Assembly (NCBI RefSeq): GCF_052425735.1
Contig: NC_135767.1
Location: 10,292,001 to 10,356,000, forward strand
Source: Oculina patagonica
Taxonomy: Eukaryota
DNA: 64,000 bases
Direction: 5' to 3'
The notes under the pieces were generated by a model. The model did not search any database. It was not told where the DNA came from and worked only from the letters and a program-made list of their open reading frames with translations. Made by a program: the position numbers and the translations under genes. Shown here in pieces: positions 10,747 to 24,133 of this stretch (position 1 is the stretch's first letter; each line of letters starts with the position of its first letter).

Positions 10747-12589
10747 AATAAAGATAATGATAATAACAAGAAAGGAAACGCATAAATTAAAAATGAAATC
10801 AGGTTTAATTTTTTCGTTCCTAAATGCATACAATTCACAGAACTGAATTTCATTTAAAAATGTCTAAAAATAATCATGGGATCCACAAGACTGAAAGTTC
10901 CGGGTTATTGGCTAAGGCACTTTACACTCGATCAGACATTCTCTCCTTCAAAAGTATTAATGCCGGAGTAGTATCATCGAATAGTTGGAACAACTTGAAA
11001 AAAGCAGGCTGGGTTCTACTGCACACTCTGCACATTAAGCCAGAAAATTGTGTTTTGAATTTTTGCTTTTCACCACAATCTTACTCAATGCTTTGCTTCT
11101 TTCTAAAATTCGGCCAAAAACGTTGGCACTGCATTCTTTATACTCAAAGGTCCTGGCTTTTTTAATGCGAATCTTTCTTATTCTAAGGGGACAGACCATG
11201 AACGTAATGGCGCTCCTGAAAATATCTAATTGCCGTAACCGTTCATCAGTAGGATGCCTAAAATGCGTGCAATTCCACAATTGGTTTCGGCGCCATTAAA
11301 TCCTATTCCAATTGCAGAACATTTTGGGAAGAGCCACCCACGACGTGAGCACAGTTACAGACAAGACAAAATAATAAGGAAAATAAGAAAACGAATAAAT
11401 AACTGTAAACCATTGTTTGCAAACAGAAATAGATCCTTTAGATGAATGTGCAAATAAATTAAAAATAATAAATATATGAAATTATAAATGAGAAATAAAT
11501 AAAATCAAGTAAACGTACCAATACAACTCTGATTAAGCAAAAATCAGTCCTAAGATCGAACGTAATCATGGTGCTGTATGTTCTGACTTTTTTCGATAAA
11601 TGCAAAAACCAAACATTCCGTACAAAGGAAAGTTTTGTTTTAGACCTTGAGTTTGTTCTGAAAGTGTAGTAGCTTGTTTAAAAAAAAAATGTTATTCTTA
11701 CTAAAGTGGAAATAAAAGGGAAAGAAATAATAGTCCTTTCTCCAGCAAAGGCAGTCTCTGTGCAAGGGGGTTTGTAGTGTTAGTATAGCTATTAGAATGT
11801 CAAAGGACAATTAAAACATCTCTTCCAACCAACAAGGAATGAGCGACCGCTATCATATGGATAAGTCAGTTATATTGTGTTTTTTATTAATCAAAGAGAT
11901 ATGTGGCATGTGGTTTTAGTACAAAAATATGAAAGTCTTGCACAAACACACAAGAAATGAGCCAAAAGTAGAGAACAGAGCGACTAGTGAGATCACTTTT
12001 ATATAGGCCGACGAAACAGCAGCAGCAGCAGGCACCGCCCAATCTTAATTACCTTTTTTGTATTTATATCTCGCAACAGAAACTTGACGTACGTCAAATC
12101 TTAGTGTCGGGAAATGTGTTACGGGGCTTGAATGTGGTCACTGAGTTTGCTTCTTCGCAACAGTGTCTATTTTATACATAAAATGGCTTTATACATAAAA
12201 GTAAACAAAGTTTGGTTTGGGGGTACAAAGGGAAAACATTCATGGTGCATATTAAACGGTCTTGCCATTTTAAAATGTTTAGTTTGAAAATTACGCAGCC
12301 TTTACTGCTGGTTGCTCCTCTCAATTGCTCTGGTTAGCAATCCAGAACTTTCCACGAAGAAAGGTCTCCGTTCTGGTAAAAAGAACCGGACTGTTTCACG
12401 CTGGTATTAATCGAGACCTTTCAACCGCTTTAGGTTAAAATCGAAACAAACCAAATTCTGTGATTTGGGATGTCCAGCTTATATAGGAACTTCAAGAGAA
12501 GGAATTTTAAATTACCATCCCCTGAATGAGATTTTCTTTATAGTTCACATTTTTAGCCTTAAAAGTAAACAGGACTTCAAGCTTTTTAC

Positions 12590-12724
12590 CTGTTTTGGAA
12601 TAAAAGAACGTCCAAGTTCGCAGACCATTGACCCCGGGCGACATCGTTGTCCGCGAGCTGATTGGCAAATCAAAAGAATCGCGCAAACCATAGCCATCAA
12701 AGTCGTCTTGGTTAGTTTGTTCAT
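12590..12724 (-). CDS. CRPG cyclic-peptide precursor gene 1, coding exon 1 (MNKLTKTTLMAMVCAILLICQSARG-QRCRPGSMVCEL-GR-SFIPKQ)
   Basis: Signal-peptide-like N-terminus, CRPGxMxC motif, G-R site, phase-0 donor CAG|GTAAAA at 12590/12589, TATAAA at 12832-12837 (-). Confidence 0.8.
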
Positions 12725-12831
12725 GATTTTTATAGTTACAAAAAACAAATTTTAAATGCGGAGAAGAGAAACCTTCAACCTCTTTGACAAATATGCTAGT
12801 TAAATGACTAAAGTTTACTTTGTAAGCTCTC

Positions 12832-12837
12832 TTTATA
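12832..12837 (-). promoter_or_regulatory. TATA box of peptide gene 1
   Basis: ctgTATAAAgag about 110 nt upstream of the ATG. Paralogs 3 and 4 have TATA boxes 70-90 nt upstream. Confidence 0.55.
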
Positions 12838-15800
12838 CAGCAGCGATGCGGCATTGCCTCACTGGTGTAAATTTTGGAAAGCAATTAAATTTTACTGCAC
12901 AAAATATTAAAAAGATGAATGAGTGTTAATTGTGTAACCTTTTAAACGTTCTTTAGAGCAGAACTGAATTGCTATTACCATTCTCATGGCACACTTATGC
13001 TGCAGTGAGGTCCACTCGTAGTTCGAAGCAATTAGCCGTTTTGTCCTCTATTGACCACACCGAAACTAATTTATTTGTTTAATTAACATAAGACAGGAAG
13101 TCTTTTAAATTTCCTGTTCTTCTAGCTAAATACACCGGTGCTATTGTAAGCTTTCGTCTAAATAATTAAACGGTATTCGCAAAGAACGTGCGAGGCTTGA
13201 GCATGTTTTGGCGTGGGATTGGTGGCCGATATTAGCATCAACGTTTAATAACTTTTATTATTATGTTTCAGCAGTTTCAGTGAGTCTTGTGATTAATCAT
13301 TGCGGATATTGTGATTAGGTTTTATGCAAAATTCAATATTTCGCCAAGAATAAATGTTAGCAGCTGTCCTTTAATTGTTGTCGGAGGTGTTTTGTATTTT
13401 CAAGTTCCTTTGACAAAACGAGTTGTCATCAACTTTCGCCGCAGTTTATAAATTATCTCTTTTTTTCACTTTGTCTGCGTGGGAAGGTTTTTTTGAAGTA
13501 GAATAGGTTCATACATGCTATCTGATAAAGGTTATACAAAACAAGATTAAGCAGAAAGGTTTACAGAGTTCAATATATATCCCTTCAGTTGGTAGCTAAA
13601 AAAAGACAAATAACTGTCAATCAAACTAATATCTTCTTATAAACGCAAAATGTTCGAGTAATATAACAATATGAATTTCTAAATTAGAAAAAAAAGAAGA
13701 CTTTTTTTTTCTTTAATAGAATAGCGTATTCAAACCAACTAACATCACACGTAATTTTGTTTAACAGACTAGCAACATTAAGATGGAGTTCATGTGTATA
13801 CGTTATTACATTTTCTTTAAATTCAATGTTAGGAGAAGTACGTAGCATATAAACTGATATTTTTAAGATCATTTTGTCTCCTGTGTGAGACTCCTCGTTT
13901 CCTGGAGCCTCTTAAACATTAATGTTAACATAAGGCTCAAAGGTAAAAAGGACAAACATAAAAGCTCAGTAACCCTTTTTATATGCGTTTTACTTCAGAA
14001 TTTCGAAGAAAAACATTTTACTACCTTCATTTATAACTAAAATATTCATAACAAAAACAAAACAAGGATTAGAATATGTCATTTTCTTAATAATTTTAAA
14101 AAATAATGCAGCTTCAGTAGCATACCAGACCGTGTACTGAGTAGAACAAAATATCTCGTTTGAGGTTGTTTCGTAGATTTTTCTACAATAAAGAATCAAC
14201 CATACATTTAGATTAATGGAGAAATATCAATAGCGTATTGCTAAAAAACCAATACGTAATATTTCGTCAGAGGATATGGGTTTTGATGGTTGTCACCTTT
14301 CTTTAACAACGCATTATATTCCCGCCAAATGGCAGGTAGGTGGAGCGACTACTAAAGTAGTGTTTAATATGTGAGCATTGAATAGCCGCTAAAATGGAAG
14401 CAATTAATAAACTTCTCCAATCTAAAATGAAGATGAATTTGAGTTAATTTCCTGTACTGAGTTTCTAACTGTCAATTCAAAGAGTTCATAAAGACCGAAT
14501 TAAAAAGAAAGTAAAATTTTAATATTACTTTTAGCGGCCTTTTTTAATTCAGAATGATGCAGAGCAAATTTTGTGTCACAAGACGTATTCAAAATCAATT
14601 CTGAAGGATTGAGTGTTGGGTATATTTAACGTGTATAGCTTAATGGTTGAATTAAAATTATTTTTCAAGACTGGCAATTACACTAATCGAAAGCGTTTCA
14701 GGTTTTTTAAGGGGAATGCAAAGATCGGAAATTGTAGCTATTATTGGCGGCAACCTTCTCTTACAAAGGGAATTGAATGTTTTAAATATTGTAGTTGAGG
14801 AGCCAGAGGGTAATAATCTCTGAAGTATATAGTGTAAAACAGAAATAGGTGTTCACAATACTTTTTTTCGTAGAGTTCTCGTTTACTGCGAGTATCATGT
14901 CGAATGGTGACGCCTTAACGATTTTTTTCGTTAGAAGATACAAAATGTGTCTTTAAGTCATCGCGGTCCATTTCTTTTCTTACAATTTAATCATCCTGTT
15001 AAAATTTACTGCTTTAACAAACACTTTCGTTTTGAAACCAACATTTTCAGTTTTACGTGACCAAGCCATTTAATTCGCTAAAACTTCGATTGGATTTATC
15101 AAATTTTGATATTATTCAGCCTCAAGAATACTCATTCGATATCTATAACTCTGTATTAGTAACCAATATATCATAACAGCCCAGAAAAAAGGCTTGTAGA
15201 AAGTTCTGTTGGCTCTGTCTTAATTAACTTTCAACGCTGACTTCATATGCAACGAATATAAGTAAGTCTTGTCACTAAGCAAATGTGTTGTGCTGGGCGT
15301 AAGGAGCAGTTCTACTCAGTTATTGCTTCACACGAACACACTCTCAACTTCCTTTTAACCAACCCAAATTAATATCTGATTCATTGAGTATTCATGAGTA
15401 CATATTCATCCATTCGTAATTTTGCAGTAGAATAGAATGAAAAAATAAAACTTACAATTTTATCTAGCTTCCAAATAATGCTTTTTATCTCAGTAAGAGC
15501 ACGGTTAGAACACTGTTAATGTTTTTTCCTCTTAGGCTTTTTTTTTGCAACGCTTTAGTTGCTGTAAATCTACGAAGACCTCTTTCCCTAGCAAATCTGA
15601 TAATTCAATAATTGAAAATAAAACTATGATAGATATTCGGCTCCAACGGGGTGGCAAAGATAATCCATTTTAAGGCTTTTTTTAGTGCATCTGCTTTATT
15701 TCTGTCGGTCAGTATTTGCCACTGAGTACGGGTATAATATTTTTTCTTATAGCTGCATGGCGCAACATATAAAATATCCCCTTTTGTCGTCCGTGAGGCA

Positions 15801-17421
15801 ATCGAGGTAAAAAGTTGAAGAAAAAAACACATTTTCCCGACTGTACAAAAAGTTGACGATGTAAGCTACTTTACCATTGATTATAACATACCAAGAATTA
15901 ATTCACGCATGAGCGTACATCCATAACAAGATAAGCGGACACCTGTCCCCAAGCCTTCCATCGGTGTGGAATGGACAGAATTGTCCAAGAAAAATTACTA
16001 TGAACTATGAAGATGTCATGAAAACAGAGTACAGTCATCCCGTTTTGCAAATTATTTTATTAGAGAAGCTTTAACACAACAAACTCTCGCGGATACTCAC
16101 ATTCGGCCAAAACAATCACGAAGAACAGTTTCTTGCTTATTACCGGTCCCTCTTGCTATAATATAAAGTAATTGGTTCATGGGTCTAGAGATGCACTTGG
16201 GAATTTAGAGAGCACTCTGGGGACATGCTACAGTTGCTTTCGGGGGGACCCTTCGAGCCGCTTTAGCACGCGTATGACTCTCGTATTCTTGACCTCGTAT
16301 GCAGCTATATCTCGATCAACGCACGCTAGGCATGAATGAATTCTTATGAACATAAGCAGTATTTAATTCCTTGTTCTCACCCCAAAACCGTGAAAAAAAA
16401 GATAACGTGTATTACTTTCATAGAGAACGTAGTTAAGTTAAAGGCTAACGGATAAAACGTGAGGCGAAACGGAGGAAAAAAAAAGAAACGGAAAAGGAAT
16501 ACATTCAGATTTTGTTTGAAGTTACTTTAAAACAAAGAAAACCGTTATAGGTCAATTTTATACCTTCTTGATATAAACGAACGCTTCCTTTTCGTTTCTT
16601 ATTAAATTTTCTTGTGCCGACAGTAGGTGTAATAAAAGGTTCCTCGGATATTAAGATCCGATATTTGCTGTCGGCTCGTTTGAAAATCAAGTGCTCAATT
16701 GCTTGTTTGAATATCGGGCAAATGGGTGTTTGATGCGTTACGCTGTTCGATTAAAATGAACTTAGTACTATTGTGTCAACAAAGTAATTACAGCTTTCAA
16801 GCCGTCAACATGCGTAAAAGGGCAACTCAAATTCAAACACAAGATAAAGTTTGTGTATTTCAATTAAGACTTGAATTTTATGATGAAAGCGACATCGACT
16901 TTATCAAGTCCTTGTTGTGATGTAACGTCGCTTACAACTTGTTGAAAGTTCAAATCTTATTGATGTTTGCTGCGGCTAGGGACGGAAATTGTCATGTGTT
17001 TGAAAATAAATAATCAAAATTAACTCGTCTTTTATAAATCAAACAAATTTTGCCGTGCAAACAATTACACTTTTTCGTTCAGACAATGTGCTCCATATTA
17101 CTTTACTCGCTGGAGCATAACGTCTCATCATTTTTACTCATAATTTGCATTCGAATCTTTAGTTTGTATTTGATTGGCTTTTCAGTTTTGATTAAAACAA
17201 AATGTTGAACAAGCAACAGCCTCCGCTATTTTTTTAAAACGTTAGTCCGCACCCTTATTGATTATCTGTCATTTCTTGTGCCGCCAAAGTAATTCAAAAT
17301 TCCCCACATTTTAGTGATGGTCGTTATTAAAGCAGCGCCGATGTTCCGTGTCAAACAGCAAGAGGTTTTATGTACCTTAACATATCAAGTTTAAGCCAGA
17401 AGAAACTTAGAATTACAAAAA

Positions 17422-17553
17422 ATGACCAGCAAAAGAAGCTTTCTTCTCTGGACGTTACTGATAGTTCAGTTTATATTTCTTGATGTCGTAGAAGCCGGCT
17501 GTCGACCGGGTCTAATGATGTGCAACCGAAAGAACGGGAAACGCCAAGAAAAG
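17422..17553 (+). CDS. CRPG cyclic-peptide precursor gene 2, coding exon 1 (MTSKRSFLLWTLLIVQFIFLDVVEA-GCRPGLMMCNRKN-GKR-QEK)
   Basis: Not in the ORF track. Signal peptide ending VEA, CRPGxMxC motif, GKR site, phase-0 donor AAG|GTAGGC. Downstream exons unresolved (candidates near 18353 and 18519). Confidence 0.8.
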
Positions 17554-19466
17554 GTAGGCTAGTATAAACAAGTCATCTTGTGAAACAGATTTTTGTAAAG
17601 TGTGACACTCAAACACGATCTAACCCGTACGTTAAGTGTGAGTCATTGTTGTCGTTACAATTAACGTTAAGTTCCAAGGTTGTTAAGTTCCAAGGTTGTT
17701 AAGTTCCAAGGTTACAGGATGATTTTGACATCTTTCCTTAAGTTGTCAAATTTCAAACTTTGAAGCGCAATTACCACGATATCCATATAGGTATACGTAG
17801 AAAATGTCAGTGAAATGGCATTAGAACTGTAATGCAAAAGCTAAACCTCCCCCCAGGTAACGTGATTATCTGTGGATGAAACTCTCTGTGATTCATATAA
17901 ATAGCACACTTCTTTGTGGCACTGTTTGTTTTTCATTATCACGGAAAAATAATCTTTTTCTTAGTTTTGAACTGCTCAAGCTGGACAGTTGCGTTTCCCC
18001 GCTTTCTTAAATAACTATCATACCATAAAACCATACCATGAAAACATGGGGGATAAACGAAAAGAGCCTATACTGTACAAAAAAACTAAAAACTAGAACT
18101 GGAACTAAAAAGCATTTCTGTAGATCGAATGTATAGCTTCACAAAAGGTACCCGGTACTGTAACGCACAAGGCAGCATAGAAATGAGCTAATTTGATCTG
18201 TACAAGTCGTAATGATTTTCTTGTATTTTCCCAAAACAATCACCTTTCGTATTTTTTTCACTATTTCATATGTTCTGTTAAAAGTAAAAAGTAGGCAACT
18301 TTAGTGTGGTGTCACAATACCATGTTAAAGAGTGCATGATTTGTTTTTTCAGACACAGTCCCCAATGGAAGGTAGTCTAGGTGGTTTAAAAAGTTTACCG
18401 TTCTCCCTTTTCTATGATTTCATATTTAACTCTAAAGCAATGCCTTTTAATCAATATAAAAGCACGTTGAAGCCGGCATACTATACTATATCTATCACTC
18501 CAAATGGTTTTCTGTTAGCAAACCGTGTTTGCGCTGTTATATGGCAAGTATGAGCCAGTTCAGCAGTGAGCTAAGAACAAACGTAATGAATATGAGGGCT
18601 CTTTAAAGTCCTTCGGTCCATAAAAATATTGACACAAACAAGAATAATGTAAAGCCAAGGATGTATTTCTTTAGCAAATTTTTAGAAAAAGACATTCTAT
18701 TTAGCAAAAACTTTGTGTCATCTCTATTCGCGTTTTCTTTTCTTTTCCTCGTCTTTTGTAAGGAAGGAAAAGATAAAGTTTTGAATGGTAAGCCGTATTA
18801 AAACAACTTCTAATCAAAATAGCCTCTTTGTAGCCGCAGTTTAAAAATATACACAGCTAATAACGATAATAAGGTTTGAATTTCGAGCGGCGGATAATTG
18901 AAAAAAAAATTAATCCAAGTTGATAACACACTTATTATTTTTGGATTAGGTTCCAAAACAACTATAATGATACTTTTTTGGCAAATACTAACTCTTTTTA
19001 TAACTTCACCAGATTTATACTTTAATTAAAATCTTTGCATTAAGGTGATTTAAAATTAGAATCGCTTTTGTTATACCATTCAGTCAATAGGTTTATTTAT
19101 CGAACGGGCGTAGAAAAGGATATTAACGTTCGTCTTGGATTTGTCAGGTTCTAAACCTAAATCCATCGGGGCACCACTTATTTTGAAATAGTCATTCAAA
19201 AGAAGTGTCATCTTAGTTTGTCGTTCTGACAGTGTAAGTATAAAAGAATAGACGAAGGTATCTATTGGTGCAGTTCGCTTTTTACAAAAAGTCGGATGAC
19301 AGCTTTTTTCCTTTGTAAATTCCAACAAGTTTTTCAGTAAAATTCCCCAAAGAAACTTCTTTCGTTTGCCATATTAACATGTCATAGTCGTGTCGGAAAT
19401 ACAGATACAATCAAAAAAATACAACGAAGGCAATTTGCCCAAAATTTTAATAAGAAACTGCAGTGC

Positions 19467-19472
19467 TATAAA
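19467..19472 (+). promoter_or_regulatory. TATA box of peptide gene 3
   Basis: gcTATAAAtt about 70 nt upstream of ATG 19539. Confidence 0.6.
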
Positions 19473-19538
19473 TTGTACGATTTTCATAACTACCACGTCC
19501 TGATACAATCAACTTTCGAAGGTCTGTGTTGAGCCAAC

Positions 19539-20239
19539 ATGAATAGTGTAATTTGCTGCAATTTCGTCTTTGCCATGTGTTTTGTGTTTCTCCTGTCTTA
19601 TGGAGTGTCGAAAGCAAGTCCTCGCGATCGATGTAGGCCAGGATCGATGAGTTGCCGCTTGGGTCGCAATGAAATGCCTGCAATGGTAACGCAGTTCTCT
19701 TTTAAATCCACATGAGAGAATATGGACTAACATAATTTCGATGTTAATTTTCCTTGCCTAAAAAGTAGCAGTTAACTTTCATTTTCGTAGACTCAGTTAA
19801 CAGCATTGCTCTCTATATTTTCAGTTAGGGAATCAGTTGGCTCTCAGAAATAGTTTGGCTGCCGAGGACGGAACGTTTGAGGTAGGCATATAAACTTGTA
19901 AAAACGATGTTCAATAATTACCTGTTGTTGTGAGCAGAATGTTTTCCCCGGGGGAAATGTTTTTATTCTCTCCTTGTTGCCGTTTTATGTAACAATAAAT
20001 TTACTTTCCAAATCTGTTTAATTAAAAATTTTTTACCAAATAAGCATAAATAATGAGTATCTTTATTACTAAATAACTTGTAAACTCTTGAGGTGTATTG
20101 TTATAACAAGTTGCTGTTGTTTCTTGTTTTGTGTTCGTTGTAGAAGTTCAACGAGGAAACATACAACGTCCAAGACGACAAGTACGGAACACAAAGGAAA
20201 CAAAGCAAACTGCAACAAAAAATGGACAATATCTTTTGA
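19539..20239 (+). CDS. CRPG cyclic-peptide precursor gene 3, complete, 3 exons (19539-19685, 19825-19881, 20144-20239), 99 aa
   Basis: MNSVICCNFVFAMCFVFLLSYGVSKA-SPRDRCRPGSMSCRL-GR-NEMPAM | LGNQLALRNSLAAEDGTFE | KFNEETYNVQDDKYGTQRKQSKLQQKMDNIF*. Both introns are GT-AG, phase 0, with pyrimidine tracts. AATAAA at 20411. Not in the ORF track. Confidence 0.85.
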
Positions 20240-21087
20240 ATTTTCACCACTTTATGTCAACTGATCAAGAATAGTCTAAGTCGTCTTTAAATCTATATCC
20301 AAAATTTCAAAAATGTGCAAACTACTAATGGTGAACCAGCTGTCTTTGATTTTATTAATGTAACTATATTAAAGGAAGCCCTAAGGGTGAAACGCTTAAG
20401 TGCGTGTTACAATAAATTTAAATAACTAGTTTTTGCAACAATAAAAATAACCTTTTATTGCTATGTAATAAGTTATCGTCTTTAGAATCTGACTAGCCTG
20501 ACTCTTTACTTGCTTAGCCATCCTAATAAAATGTTTTGTTTTCCTTCACCCCTCTCCCGTGAAGACGGGTTGGTCACTCAGGCAAAAAAGAAACGAAAAC
20601 GAAAACAGAAATGAAAAATCTTTAGGTCTGTGGGGAGATTGAAAACGCAATATTCTATTGCGATGGTTTTCTTATTTTAATTGAAAAAATGCTCCATGCT
20701 TTTAACTCGGGTGACCTTTACTCTGCCGACCTCTTGATGCCGATATAGATCATCTAAAGACAGTTTTGCCAGAAGTAGGAGAATGGAAATTAAGCACTCG
20801 TTACCTTTGCACATGATAAATAATGTCCAAATGTCCTTTAAACAGAAAGTAATTGATTATCCACATTTTATGCAGTAACGTAAAAGATGGCTGCGTACAG
20901 ATGTTTAAGGGCCACTTTTTAATCAATAATATCTTGACTCTCGAGATTACAGTCGATAAACCAATAGTCATATATTTTTGAAAGAAGCTTTATTGATACC
21001 GTTGGGCATTCTGACTTCTAATTTTATATTTTACCACCTTTAAAGCTAAAAACACGAAAGCTGGTCATGTGAATTGTGAAAACATTA

Positions 21088-21273
21088 CATTGAACTCTCT
21101 CTAAGACGGACAGCCTAGCGCCCAGCTCTAGCTGTCTCTCTTGCACAGGTGACCGCCTTAACGAGAGTTTAGTTACAAATAAACATGAGCAGTTCGGCCA
21201 GGATGGGGCAACAAATTCTGTTCGGGTTAGAGTGTCTGTTTTCTACAGGTGTCTGTATTGAGAGAGTTAACTG
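21088..21273. mobile_element. Degenerate Tc1/pogo-like MITE
   Basis: TA|CATTGAACTCTCTC ... GAGAGAGTTAACTG|TA termini. Confidence 0.5.
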
Positions 21274-21444
21274 TACATACCGGAACACCAAAATTAATCA
21301 AGTTTCGATGGTTTGAGCTGGCTTATTTTGTACACACATTACCGGCAAATAACAAAGCTGTGTTCATAATAAGCTAGTTTCGAACTACGCTCCCCTGATC
21401 AATAATTTGAATTCACTTTTGATTTATTCCTCTCAACCTCGACT

Positions 21445-21983
21445 TCACTCCTTTGTTTAGGATCAGTAGAGCGTAATTCGAAACTAGCCTATTATGAAGA
21501 CAACTGGCTTTTGCTCTCTTGGGCGCTCTTCAAAGTAATTCCTTGAGCAACTGAGATACTGATCTGATATATGACATGACATGACATGACATGATATGAC
21601 ATGACATGATATGGGATTAAACGGGATGACAGGGATGGGATTAGATGGGATGAAGGGAAGAAATGGGATTGGATGGGAGGGATGAGATGAGATAAGATGA
21701 GATAAGATGAGATGGGATGAGATGAGATGAGATGAGATGAGATGAGATGAGATGAGATGAGATGAGATGAGATCACTCCTTTGTTTAGGATCAGTAGAGC
21801 GTAATTCGAAACTAGCCTATTATGAAGACAACTGGCTTTTGCTCTCTTGGGCGCTCTTCAAAGTAATTCCTTGAGCAACTGAGATACTGATCTGATATAT
21901 GACATGACATGACATGACATGATATGGGATTAAACGGGATGACAGGGATGGGATTAGATGGGATGAAGGGAAGAAATGGGATT
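21445..21983 (+). repeat. About 210-bp direct duplication with (CATGA)n and (GATGA)n microsatellites, next to the gap
   Basis: 21445-21671 is repeated at 21773-21983. (GATGA)n lies at about 21680-21772. Confidence 0.85.
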
Positions 21984-22325
21984 NNNNNNNNNNNNNNNNN
22001 NNNNNNNNNNNNNNNNNNNNNNNNNNNNNNNNNNNNNNNNNNNNNNNNNNNNNNNNNNNNNNNNNNNNNNNNNNNNNNNNNNNNNNNNNNNNNNNNNNNN
22101 NNNNNNNNNNNNNNNNNNNNNNNGATGANNNNNNNNNNNNNNNNNNNNNNNNNNNNNNNNNNNNNNNNNNNNNNNNNNNNNNNNNNNNNNNNNNNNNNNN
22201 NNNNNNNNNNNNNNNNNNNNNNNNNNNNNNNNNNNNNNNNNNNNNNNNNNNNNNNNNNNNNNNNNNNNNNNNNNNNNNNNNNNNNNNNNNNNNNNNNNNN
22301 NNNNNNNNNNNNNNNNNNNNNNNNN
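21984..22325. other. Assembly gap (Ns)
   Basis: Run of N with a 5-nt GATGA island. Confidence 1.
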
Positions 22326-22440
22326 ACTAGCATTCATCCGGGAGTGAGAAGTAGTGGGTAGGAATATCCTAATCACTAAATGCTACGGAAACTAGAGATA
22401 AACGCCGTCTGTATGGGTCACTGGGCTCGCACCCACACTT
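22326..22440 (+). mobile_element. 3' fragment of a SINE (same family as 58926-59240)
   Basis: ACTAGCATTCATCC...ATGCTACGGAAAC...GATAA...GGCTCG resembles the 3' part of the full SINE. Confidence 0.55.
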
Positions 22441-24045
22441 AATATCAGTGATGCTTGGTACAGCCACCCACTGGTCACATGAACTTTCATATTTAGACAT
22501 TTTTATTTATTAAATACATGTCGAATTTATTCCGCCTGCAGAGTGCTATGTCGCTTCTTCTTTTTTTCTGCGTGAAGAACTCAAACAGCTTTGGTTAGCT
22601 AGGAAATCATTCAAAGTGCTGCATTTGTTATATAATTAAGTATTGCTCACCGATTGAGATCTTCAGCTTAAAGGTGCCAAAGGGACCGATGAAACCGATG
22701 ACCTGAGAGGATATCGCTATTTATACATTTACAGAGTTGTACTATAACAAGGATGTAGAGGAGGATCTTTACCTGTAGATTGAAATTAGAAATGTCTTAA
22801 TCATCAGGAAATTGACGTCGTGCGTCGTATTTGATCTTTAAACAATATTTCGCACGGAGGCGAAGGTGAACTTGTATTGTATGCAGTAGAAAAATAAGAG
22901 TTTTTTAGCTACATCACATTTGTCTCATTCAGCCATGTCTTAGTGTATTGAAAATAACAAGAGAGTTAGGTTAAAACCAAGACTTGCAGCTTCATAAGAG
23001 TGAACGACTATAGACAGGTTCAATGTCTTTATTGTAAATGTCACATGAAATTGCGTTAAATCTTGTGTTTAAACAGTCCCTATTTGCAACACAATTGTAT
23101 GTTTGGTAGCCCAAGTCAATATAAACCATGCACTACCGTTAGGTTATTAGACATCGTTTTAATTTCATTTTTAAAATTTACATCATCCGCTCCACAACAA
23201 ACGGTTTTTCCTTGCGAAAAATGCAATCAAGTTTTCTTCGGAAATTAAAATTTTCTTAATCTCCCCGTCGGCGTCTTTAAAGTATGCGCAGAACTTCCAG
23301 CTTTCTATGTTTCGTGATTTTTTTATTTAAATGTAGTCTAAGCTCGTTTATTGAAATGCAGTGGAAGTCCTTAGGATTGACACTTAAACCACCAGGGTTA
23401 TTCCTAACCATGCATGTGCGAAATGGAACAACAAACCTCGATTGAGTTTTTCAGTTAATCGCCACACAAGAAGAGCTCACACGTTATGTATAAAACTTTC
23501 CGTTTTATACATTATATTCTGACAAATGAGCCAAAAAGGCTTTAAATCACTGTAGCAAGGATGGATAAATTCAACTTCAATATACTTAAAGGAATAAATA
23601 TTAAGTAGTTTTGTGATTAAAATTAACTTACTTTAAAAACAAACAATTTAAGTGTTTACTCAGTGCCATATTATTTAAGCCACAACTGGTAACAATAAGT
23701 AATCTATGGATATAACAGGAACTCAATACTCCACACTGTTTACTGAAGTCTTGAAATCAAACGTAAATTAATGTTTTGTTGAGCATATCCCCATTGAAAG
23801 TTTGCCTTATTTTCATTTCTCCTCCTTAGTGTCGGCGTTATTGGTCAAAACCACCTGTTATTACAGAACAATGCATTTAGACGGATCTAAAATGTAAAGA
23901 GGTTATTACACATTCGTCAGTTTCCTTAAAACTGTCATAGTAATAAAAAATCATCTGTCCACAATGTCATTTGTACATGTCACTGAATCTACAATTAAAG
24001 CCTCCTACGGTACTTCAGAAAGACATCTTAATAATAATGAAGTCC

Positions 24046-24052
24046 TATAAAA
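24046..24052 (+). promoter_or_regulatory. TATA box of peptide gene 4
   Basis: ccTATAAAAg about 88 nt upstream of ATG 24134. Confidence 0.6.
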
Positions 24053-24133
24053 GAAGACCATTTGAGATCGATCGACATCATATCACTTCCACTCATTTAG
24101 CGAGATCCACAAACCAATTAGTGTGTTCAAAAT

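Noticed and set aside
12300-12500. Nearby alternative second exons for peptide gene 1 (e.g. RETVRFFLPERRPFFVESSGLLTRAIERSNQQ*)
   Set aside because: Several AG acceptors are about equally plausible and none resembles the paralogs' exons. Cannot be resolved without cDNA.
21445-22376. Exact duplication and X-containing ORFs around the N gap
   Set aside because: Probably a scaffolding or gap-filling artefact at a (GATGA)n microsatellite.
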